Origin: a virus
Taxonomy: Duplodnaviria; Caudoviricetes
Length of the DNA: 30,976 nt
Virus record (IMG/VR): IMGVR_UViG_3300034105_000371
Location: 1-30,976 of that record
Reading direction: 5' to 3' (one strand)
Positions 24,819 through 30,976 of the stretch are shown here, in pieces. The position numbers were made by a program, and so were the translations under genes. Below the pieces are notes generated by a model that worked only from the letters and a program-made list of their open reading frames with translations, made no database searches and was not told the DNA's origin. Position 1 is the first letter of the stretch. Each line of letters opens with the position of its first letter.

Positions 24819-25011
24819 TTTCTATTAAATATATTTTTCGTTTAAGTTTTTCTAAATACAATGTTAAATCCATCGTTTCTTCTATTGCGTGTTCTATCCA
24901 TTCTGCTGTAGTTAAATCTTCTCTATCTAATGTAACTCCATATTTCTTTATTCCTACGTTAGAACGTTGTTTAAATTTGTTTACTATTGCTTTTACTACT
25001 GTATCTTCCAT
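24805..25011 (-). CDS. Conserved small phage protein (possibly MazG/nucleotide pyrophosphohydrolase-like helical fold)
   Basis: RS.VG.KKYGVTLDR.DL...W..HA.EE.MD..LYL pattern. Function uncertain. Confidence 0.55.
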   Translation of the reverse strand: MEDTVVKAIVNKFKQRSNVGIKKYGVTLDREDLTTAEWIEHAIEETMDLTLYLEKLKRKIYLIENGKE

Positions 25012-25286
25012 TAAAATCTTTTTGAGTGTTCTTTGTATAATTCCATTACTTTTTTAATTCCTTCGTATTCTGTAAACTTTTGTCTGTTTGCTGGAGTAGC
25101 TTCTTGCATTTTATCTATTGGTAAATAATTTATTACTTTATAGTTTGAAGGTCTATACTTTATTATCCAAAACTTTTTATCTTTTGCTAATTGTATATAA
25201 TAAGCTAAATCATTATCCAAACAAATCTTCATTGCTTTACTTTCTTCATCTGAAGGTAAATATTGAATTGATTGTTTCTTTGCCAT
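25011..25286 (-). CDS. Hypothetical protein
   Basis: 91 aa with TAATG coupling on both sides. Confidence 0.7.
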   Translation of the reverse strand: MAKKQSIQYLPSDEESKAMKICLDNDLAYYIQLAKDKKFWIIKYRPSNYKVINYLPIDKMQEATPANRQKFTEYEGIKKVMELYKEHSKRF

Positions 25287-25642
25287 TACTCAAGTCTTAA
25301 AAACTCTGTTTCAGCGTGTTTAACGAACCATTCTTTATTTTCTTTGTATTTATCTATAACTGCATTTATCATTACTAATTCGTCAATAGATGAAGTTTGA
25401 AGTTTGCTTATAATATCTTCTATACTTCTTAATATATTAGTTGTTGTTTCTGCATCTGTATTGTAGATAATTTTGTATTCATCTCTTACAATTTCTTCCA
25501 AGTCTTTATTTAAACTATTTACTTTGTGTTTAATTTGCTGCTTGTATTGTTTTGTAAAAAATAAACTTTCATTTGCTTCTAAAAGTAATTGACTTAATAA
25601 GACTGATTTTAGGTATTCTAATTGTATTACATTGTTTTCCAT
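25286..25642 (-). CDS. Hypothetical helical protein
   Basis: 118-aa ORF, coupled to neighbours. Confidence 0.7.
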   Translation of the reverse strand: MENNVIQLEYLKSVLLSQLLLEANESLFFTKQYKQQIKHKVNSLNKDLEEIVRDEYKIIYNTDAETTTNILRSIEDIISKLQTSSIDELVMINAVIDKYKENKEWFVKHAETEFLRLE

Positions 25643-26028
25643 TGTTTTGCTTTTGTTATTTCTAAATATGCTACTTCTTTTTCTATTCTTTGTGTATTAT
25701 AAAAATGTGTTGTTGCTGGATTCTTATCGTTTATTTCCCATTCAGGAATAATAAGATTAAGATTAAAACTATAAATTCCTTTAGGAGTAGAATTATAATA
25801 CATTGGCGTGTCTAAATGCTTTTCACATTCTTGTTTCATTGCATCGTATTTCTTCTTTTCTAATAATAATGTAGGATAATGTGCTTTTCTACATTTTAGT
25901 TCCAATCTATGTCCTGTAGTGGGACTGTAGCAATCCCACCTTGACATTTGATTCTTTGCTTTGACTAAATCAGGATATATATTTTCCTTTAGCCAATTAA
26001 ATAAATCTTCTTCTTTCCAATTAATCAT
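25627..26028 (-). CDS. PD-(D/E)XK nuclease-like protein
   Basis: WDC...RLELKCR...LLLEKKKYD arrangement. Confidence 0.65.
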   Translation of the reverse strand: MINWKEEDLFNWLKENIYPDLVKAKNQMSRWDCYSPTTGHRLELKCRKAHYPTLLLEKKKYDAMKQECEKHLDTPMYYNSTPKGIYSFNLNLIIPEWEINDKNPATTHFYNTQRIEKEVAYLEITKAKQWKTM

Positions 26029-26398
26029 TAATTTTATATTCGTTGTAAACTTTTCTTAATTCATCAATCTTACCTTTCCAACAACTTGCACAAGAACTTA
26101 TCTGTAATCTATAGTTAAATACGTTAAAATAGATGTCTGATACTTCTTGTTGTTCTATTGCAGTTAATGTAGTTTGACTTGCAGATAAATACTTTGTTAA
26201 AGCGTTATAGTCTTTTTCATTTAAACAATTAATGTTTGAATTATAAGAAAATAATTTATTTAACTTTGATTTACGTTCATCGCATCCACAATCAATACCT
26301 GTTATTTCACTAAAAGTATCTACAATACCTTTAATTCCTGTAACTGTAGTAATTTGTTCAATAGTGTCTCCTAATCCTTGTGCTTTCTTTTTAGCCAT
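26021..26398 (-). CDS. Cys-containing conserved phage protein
   Basis: GLGDTIEQIT..TGIK...DCGCDERK and CASC. Directly after the sigma gene. Confidence 0.7.
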   Translation of the reverse strand: MAKKKAQGLGDTIEQITTVTGIKGIVDTFSEITGIDCGCDERKSKLNKLFSYNSNINCLNEKDYNALTKYLSASQTTLTAIEQQEVSDIYFNVFNYRLQISSCASCWKGKIDELRKVYNEYKIND

Positions 26399-26406
26399 AA
26401 TTTTAA

Positions 26407-26946
26407 TTAATAAATGTTATTGTAATCGTTTTCTATATAATCAGTATAATCCTTCTGAAACTTGTTTTTAAGTATTTCTTTATAGTTTTTAATTGAGTGA
26501 AAAATTGAAATCAAACTGATGTTTGTTTCTTTTGCTATATCTCTCATAGACATATCTGAATCTCTATAAAGTTTAAATAGTTTTCTGTCATACCAACTCC
26601 AATTTTCAAGTTCTTTATCTATCATTAAACATATATCGTTATACGCTTTGTGTTCTTCTATATTAGAATCATCAAATAAGTTCCATTGGTCATCTATTCC
26701 AACTTTATTTACTTTCATTTTCTTGTTATAGAACTGAAAATATAAACTTCTTAAAGTAAAATAAACATATCCTTTTCTTACGTTTCCAGTTGAATCTATA
26801 ATTTTATCAGCATCTGCATATTTCCATAAAGCTATATAAGATTCTTGTACTATATCCTCTGCTACTTCAAATTCTCCAAAAGAGTGAATTATTTTAATCC
26901 ATTCCTTATGGTGTTCTGCTACTTTTGCTAACCAAGAATTATCCAT
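26407..26946 (-). CDS. ECF-type (sigma24-like) RNA polymerase sigma factor
   Basis: Region 2 AEDIVQESYI.L and region 4 HTH MSMRDIAKETNIS..SI. 179 aa. Confidence 0.85.
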   Translation of the reverse strand: MDNSWLAKVAEHHKEWIKIIHSFGEFEVAEDIVQESYIALWKYADADKIIDSTGNVRKGYVYFTLRSLYFQFYNKKMKVNKVGIDDQWNLFDDSNIEEHKAYNDICLMIDKELENWSWYDRKLFKLYRDSDMSMRDIAKETNISLISIFHSIKNYKEILKNKFQKDYTDYIENDYNNIY

Positions 26947-26950
26947 ATAT

Positions 26951-27571
26951 TTAAATTATTTTATTTCCTTTTCTAATATTATCTTCTGCCCATAAAGGTT
27001 GAAAATTTGTATAATGATTTAATTTTATTAATTCATTTTCATCTTTAGAAAGAGATACAGGATATATATGGTCTAAATGCCATTTACCAGCATTATTCCA
27101 AGTCATTCCTTCAGTAAATTGTAATTCTAAATGTTGTTTAAATTCTTTAAATGAACAACCTAATATTTCATTAGTTTTAGATTTTTTTGTATATCCTTTT
27201 CCTTTAATTGACATACCTATTAATGTTCTTAAATTGCAACTTAATTTAAATAACTTATCATTTTCTTTTCTATTTTTTGTATAAACTCTATAATAATTAT
27301 TTATTTTTTCTCTATTTTTTTTACAATATTCTTTTTGTTTTTCTTTAATTTTTTCTTTATTATTTAAACCATATTCTTTTTTCTTTAACAAAAAACTTTC
27401 TCTATTTTTATTATAATAAATGCTTTTATTTTCTTTTATTTTTTCTTTATTATTATTTATATAAATTTTATTACAATAAATACAAGTATTTTGAAAACCA
27501 TCTTTTCTTGTTTTATTCTTACTAAATTCAATAAAATCTTTTTCTATTTTGCAAGTACTACATTTTTTCAT
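26951..27571 (-). CDS. HNH-type homing endonuclease with N-terminal CxxC...CxxC
   Basis: KKCSTCK...CIYC, K/E-rich linker, ILGCS, MTW.N...WHLDHIYP, NHYTNFQPLW..DN..K.NK. Confidence 0.88.
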   Translation of the reverse strand: MKKCSTCKIEKDFIEFSKNKTRKDGFQNTCIYCNKIYINNNKEKIKENKSIYYNKNRESFLLKKKEYGLNNKEKIKEKQKEYCKKNREKINNYYRVYTKNRKENDKLFKLSCNLRTLIGMSIKGKGYTKKSKTNEILGCSFKEFKQHLELQFTEGMTWNNAGKWHLDHIYPVSLSKDENELIKLNHYTNFQPLWAEDNIRKGNKII

Positions 27572-27776
27572 TTTGAGTTACCCATATAAACGTTATTGAT
27601 ATAATTAAAAGCACTATTTGAATTGTATGTTCTGTTTCTTCTTCTTCTATATCATCATTATATAAAGCACCAAGCATTAAACCTTTTATTGGTGCTATAA
27701 TTACTTCTCCATCGTATTTAGCCATTAATTGCATTAAGAAATAAATAGTAAATAGTACAAATGAAATTAGTATCAT
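27558..27776 (-). CDS. Small membrane-associated hypothetical protein
   Basis: Hydrophobic N- and C-terminal segments. Confidence 0.6.
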   Translation of the reverse strand: MILISFVLFTIYFLMQLMAKYDGEVIIAPIKGLMLGALYNDDIEEEETEHTIQIVLLIISITFIWVTQNEKM

Positions 27777-28063
27777 CTTTTAATTTTTAAAAAAGCGTAA
27801 TGCTTTTGTTGTTTTTCTCTTATTTGAAACTCTAAATTAATATGTGATAATTGTTCATCTTGATTTTTAAGTAAATCCATAATGTTTTCTACTTCATTCC
27901 AATTGAACTTTGTTTCTATCATACTTAATTCTTTCAAATATAACAACTTTTCTTTTAAGTCTTTGAAATAACTTATTAACACTTTATTATCCGAGTTCAA
28001 TAATAACATTCTTTCAGCAGATAGCTGTAATTCTTCTATGTGATTCTTAATTGTTGTTTCCAT
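27773..28063 (-). CDS. Hypothetical protein
   Basis: 96 aa, coupled to the ATPase gene. Confidence 0.65.
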   Translation of the reverse strand: METTIKNHIEELQLSAERMLLLNSDNKVLISYFKDLKEKLLYLKELSMIETKFNWNEVENIMDLLKNQDEQLSHINLEFQIREKQQKHYAFLKIKR

Positions 28064-28911
28064 TAAAATATTCCTTTCATTACATCGTAAAAATCTCCTT
28101 CAACTTGTGGCAATCCTGATTTATTTACTTTAAAACTAAAGTTTTCAAATCCTGCATTTCTGGAACGTTTACAACTTACGGTTACTAAATCTTTGTTTAC
28201 TGTGTTTAATTCTAATTGAATTTGTGTTTCTGCTTTCTTTTCTAATGCTGAACCTAAATGTCCTGTTGGTTTATCTGTTCCAAAATTAGAGTGAATAACA
28301 GTTATTATATGGCAGTTTAATTCTTTTGTCCATTTCATTAACTTCTGAACAACTAAATTAGATTCTTCTATATTGTTTACATCACTACATAAATCAGCAA
28401 TACCATCAATAATTACTAATCCAATGTCTTTTTTATCTAATGTATCGTACAAATAAAACTCTATTAAATCAACTCTATCTTTTGCAGAATATTGTCTTAA
28501 AGCTAATGTATGATATTTATCTGTAATAGTTCCAGTCATTTCAATTGGTCTTTTAAAAACCATTTGTGCGTGAAAGTTACCCTGTTCAGTATCAAAATGT
28601 ACTAAATGTTTGTTATCTCTATTTCCTTTTAAATCACCACTAATTCCGTTTAATTCTCCATTCAAATAAACTGCTGAAAGTAAACTAATAAAAAATGTTT
28701 TCTTTGACTTTGGTGGTGCTTGAACAAAACTAAAGTTACCATAAGTTCCTATTGGAATTGGATAGTCTATTAATCCATCTTTAGTATCGTATGTTTTATA
28801 ACCAAATGAAATAGCTGGTGTTGGATAATCTATTTTTTCTAAAGGATTGATAGTAGCTTCTTCTATCAAAACTTGCATTATAAGTCTGTGTTCGTCTTTG
28901 TCTATTGTCAT
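28063..28911 (-). CDS. RecA/DnaB-like P-loop ATPase (AAA_25/RepA-type helicase) with atypical Walker A
   Basis: APPKSKKT, FDTEQ, VIIDGIAD, VIH.N...PTGHLGS...KAET. Confidence 0.8.
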   Translation of the reverse strand: MTIDKDEHRLIMQVLIEEATINPLEKIDYPTPAISFGYKTYDTKDGLIDYPIPIGTYGNFSFVQAPPKSKKTFFISLLSAVYLNGELNGISGDLKGNRDNKHLVHFDTEQGNFHAQMVFKRPIEMTGTITDKYHTLALRQYSAKDRVDLIEFYLYDTLDKKDIGLVIIDGIADLCSDVNNIEESNLVVQKLMKWTKELNCHIITVIHSNFGTDKPTGHLGSALEKKAETQIQLELNTVNKDLVTVSCKRSRNAGFENFSFKVNKSGLPQVEGDFYDVMKGIF

Positions 28912-28922
28912 TTGTTTTGTTT

Positions 28923-28946
28923 AAAAAAGGGAGCTTTTACACTCCC
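28923..28946 (-). terminator. Rho-independent terminator after the ssb-like gene
   Basis: GGGAGT-GTAAAA-GCTCCC plus T6. Confidence 0.85.
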
Positions 28947-28954
28947 TGATTAAT

Positions 28955-29248
28955 TTAAAATGGTAAATCTGATTCTACTAATTCAGCAACTTTATCAGTC
29001 TTTGTAGCATTTGTAATTTTACCATCACTCCATACTACTTTTCCATTTCCTAAATAAGTTTTAGGTTTCTTTGCTTCTCTTTCTTCTTTTGTTTGAGAAT
29101 CTGTAATTGCAGCATTTTGTCCAAACTGATTTGTTTCATCGTTAATAGACATAGTTCCATAGTATGTAACTGCTCCATCTTTACCAATTACAAATTTTTC
29201 TTTTGGTAATTTGTCAATTCTTAAACTAAAATTAATTAATGCACTCAT
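28955..29248 (-). CDS. Putative single-stranded DNA-binding protein
   Basis: C-terminal acidic DLPF tail and YLGNGK motif. Follows the Erf gene. Confidence 0.7.
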   Translation of the reverse strand: MSALINFSLRIDKLPKEKFVIGKDGAVTYYGTMSINDETNQFGQNAAITDSQTKEEREAKKPKTYLGNGKVVWSDGKITNATKTDKVAELVESDLPF

Positions 29249-29301
29249 ATTATTGTTTTTATTTATTGCCTACCTTATTTTACTGCTGTCGGCTATTCAG
29301 T

Positions 29302-29868
29302 TTATCCTAATAATTCGTCTTTGACTTCTTTAGTCATTTTATACTTACCTTCAATAGTTGCAATATTACCACCATTTTTTAAATATTCAATAGCTTTTTT
29401 AAATTCTGGTGTATTTTTATTTAACCATTTTAATTCTTCTTTAGATGAAGTCTTTTCGTGCTTATTTGATGCGTCTGCATCTTGTGTATCGTCTATAAGT
29501 AATAAGTTACCTAATGCGTATTTCTTTCCATAAGAAGAAGCAGAACCAAATTGCTGCGGAACTTGCATTCCTTTCTGGTTTAAATCAACTCCTATAATAG
29601 CTGTAGCAGATATTTCATTAATTCCATTGTTATCTAAAATCGTAGCTTTAGATTCCATCATTGGAACTGTTGTTGTTTCTGAATATAATTGAATTATTGA
29701 TTCTGTAATAATAAAACTTACTTGGTACTTTTCGTTAAAAGGTTTTAATGCTTCTAATATATCTTCAGCACTTCTAAAGTTATATTTACCAAAAGAGTTA
29801 AATTTTGATTTGTTTGCTTTAAATTCTTTTTGAATTAAAGACAGTTTTTGATTTAATGTTTGTTCCAT
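29302..29868 (-). CDS. erf: Erf-family ssDNA annealing protein
   Basis: N.FGKY.FRSAEDILEALKP and Q.FGSASSY.KKYAL..L..IDD..DAD. Confidence 0.9.
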   Translation of the reverse strand: MEQTLNQKLSLIQKEFKANKSKFNSFGKYNFRSAEDILEALKPFNEKYQVSFIITESIIQLYSETTTVPMMESKATILDNNGINEISATAIIGVDLNQKGMQVPQQFGSASSYGKKYALGNLLLIDDTQDADASNKHEKTSSKEELKWLNKNTPEFKKAIEYLKNGGNIATIEGKYKMTKEVKDELLG

Positions 29869-29869
29869 T

Positions 29870-30049
29870 TTAGTTTTCTGTTAAATTATAAATTTCTTTT
29901 TTTACTAATGTCTTGTATTCCTTTGGACAATCTTCATCCAGTACTTCAAAACAAAAACTTTGTAGTTTTGTTAGTTTTCCTTCAAGTTCGCAAATATGTT
30001 TTTGCATAACTTCAATTCTAAATCTGTTGTAATCTAATAAGTCTTTCAT
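29870..30049 (-). CDS. Small hypothetical protein (59 aa, not in ORF track)
   Basis: MKDLLDYNRFRIEVMQKHICELEGK...EDCPKEYKTLVKKEIYNLTEN, TAATG-coupled to the upstream peptide. Confidence 0.7.
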   Translation of the reverse strand: MKDLLDYNRFRIEVMQKHICELEGKLTKLQSFCFEVLDEDCPKEYKTLVKKEIYNLTEN

Positions 30050-30138
30050 TATAATAAATTTGTTAATGTTAAATAAATCATTCCAAACGTAAATACGAAT
30101 AGTAATGCTGCTACGATGTCTTTTAAATTTTGTTTCAT
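30049..30138 (-). CDS. Single-TM peptide (29 aa, not in ORF track)
   Basis: MKQNLKDIVAALLFVFTFGMIYLTLTNLL with an A-rich leader. Confidence 0.6.
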   Translation of the reverse strand: MKQNLKDIVAALLFVFTFGMIYLTLTNLL

Positions 30139-30149
30139 TTTGTTTGTTT

Positions 30150-30365
30150 TTAAAAATTATCCCATTCCATTGTTCCGCCAGTTAGTTTATTATCTTGGCG
30201 TAACTGAATATTAGTTTTACCTGATGCTCTAACCATTCTAATAGCCATATCAAAATTTGTAATTATTAAATTAGGAATATCTGATTTTACTAAATCACCT
30301 ACTTTTAAATCTCTCCAATCATCATCTAAACCAAAATCTTTAATAAATTGCACTGCGTTTTCCAT
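30150..30365 (-). CDS. Early hypothetical protein
   Basis: 71-aa ORF with an A-rich leader. Confidence 0.7.
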   Translation of the reverse strand: MENAVQFIKDFGLDDDWRDLKVGDLVKSDIPNLIITNFDMAIRMVRASGKTNIQLRQDNKLTGGTMEWDNF

Positions 30366-30432
30366 AATATTTGTTTTTGTTTGTTTTAGTTGTTAATGCA
30401 GTTTATAGTATGCTGCTCCACTTTGTTTTTAT

Positions 30433-30606
30433 TTATAAATTTTTTATATTATATTTAAATATATTACAATAATTGATAGCGTTTTTTTTATTTTCAAAAC
30501 CATCAAATATAATATCATTATTATGTAACCAAATATTTTTTCTTTGATAACATTCTACTATTCTAAATTTTCCATTTAAATTTGATAACACAAGTACATT
30601 TTTCAT
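30433..30606 (-). CDS. Early hypothetical protein (57 aa, not in ORF track)
   Basis: MKNVLVLSNLNGKFRIVECYQRKNIWLHNNDIIFDGFENKKNAINYCNIFKYNIKNL, the first ORF after a promoter. Confidence 0.6.
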   Translation of the reverse strand: MKNVLVLSNLNGKFRIVECYQRKNIWLHNNDIIFDGFENKKNAINYCNIFKYNIKNL

Positions 30607-30641
30607 AATTTCTATTTTTAAATTGTTATTGTTTGATGAAG

Positions 30642-30702
30642 CAAATGTATAATTTGTTTTTTAATTTTAAACTATTAATATTTTTTTTAACAAAACTTTA
30701 AC
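30642..30702 (-). promoter_or_regulatory. Host-type early promoter with GTTAA-N6-GTTAA repeat
   Basis: TACATTTG at 30642-30649. GTTAA at 30687-30691 and 30698-30702. Confidence 0.7.
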
Positions 30703-30805
30703 ACATAGCAAAAAAAAGGGCATCTAAAATAGATACCCAATTTCAACAATGAACAAAAAACAGAAACTTATATATTGTTTACCTTTTCGGTATAGTAGTT
30801 AATTA
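30679..30805 (+). repeat. Exact direct terminal repeat, copy 2
   Basis: Identical to 1-127. Confidence 0.97.
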
Positions 30806-30976
30806 ACTCTATTAAATCTGATTCTGTAAATTTAACTATCTTTTTAGATTCAATCATTAAATTTTCCGCAAAGTTATTACCATATTGTGAACAAAGTTTT
30901 TTACCAAATTCAAATTGCATACCTTGATTACAAATATTACAGGAATAACATTGAACTTGTACGTTAAACTCATTCC
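30768..30976 (-). CDS. ninG: Partial (5'-truncated by the window edge) diverged second allele of ninG
   Basis: Reads NEFNVQVQCYSCNICNQGMQFEFGKKLCSQYGNNFAENLMIESKKIVKFTESDLIELINYYTEKVNNI. 22 substitutions and no indels versus 128-298. Confidence 0.85.
   Translation of the reverse strand, partial: NEFNVQVQCYSCNICNQGMQFEFGKKLCSQYGNNFAENLMIESKKIVKFTESDLIELINYYTEKVNNI

Larger units (their letters stand above)
1..30678 (-). mobile_element. Complete or near-complete tailed dsDNA phage genome (siphovirus-like, probable Bacteroidota/Flavobacteriaceae host, no lysogeny module seen)
   Basis: Terminase, portal, protease, capsid, tail, tape-measure-like and lysis genes are present. Ends overlap (1-127 = 30679-30805). 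All genes are on one strand. TAnnTTTG promoter boxes and no SD motifs. Confidence 0.93.

Noticed and set aside
29268-29301. preQ1-I riboswitch
   Set aside because: Similar size and A-rich linker, but the ligand-binding consensus is not evident and the downstream gene is unrelated to queuosine.
636-29533. All plus-strand ORFs in the track (e.g. 636-884, 10997-11452, 13749-14159, 22792-23235)
   Set aside because: They are antisense shadows of well-supported minus-strand genes, mostly with non-ATG starts and S/F/L-rich composition without motifs.
1-30976. Prophage/lysogeny module or stop-codon reassignment
   Set aside because: No integrase, repressor or host flanks seen. Genes are full-length and tightly coupled under the standard code.

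Overview
The window is an essentially complete, circularly overlapping genome (about 30,678 bp unit) of a small, AT-rich tailed dsDNA phage of siphovirus type. Its host is most likely Bacteroidota/Flavobacteriaceae, judged from TAnnTTTG promoters, A-rich leaders without Shine-Dalgarno sites and a DUF5675 lysin. Every credible gene is on the minus strand. In transcription order: early/recombination-replication genes (Erf, SSB-like, AAA helicase-like, HNH, ECF sigma, PD-(D/E)XK nuclease, 5'-3' exonuclease, DnaA-C-domain protein), then terS/terL, tail genes, head genes, tail tube, portal, adaptor, fibres, lysis cassette, GIY-YIG and ninG. I see no integrase, repressor, primase or DNA polymerase. 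Signals not in the ORF track: (1) a -1 frameshift at GTTTTTTTTT in the putative tail chaperone, with a dual-coding region of about 190 nt whose -1 frame ends in a TAATG overlap with the next gene; (2) a self-contained unit of host-type promoter, 54-aa ORF, four-hairpin RNA with a possible kissing loop, and terminator, inserted after terL; (3) a five-copy late promoter motif ACAA-N13-TTATT, probably read by the phage ECF sigma, and an early promoter class with phased GTTAA repeats; (4) a portal with a MuF-like C-terminal extension; (5) a 127-nt exact terminal repeat that continues as a diverged ninG allele. Functional names come from motif recognition and gene context only; no searches were run.
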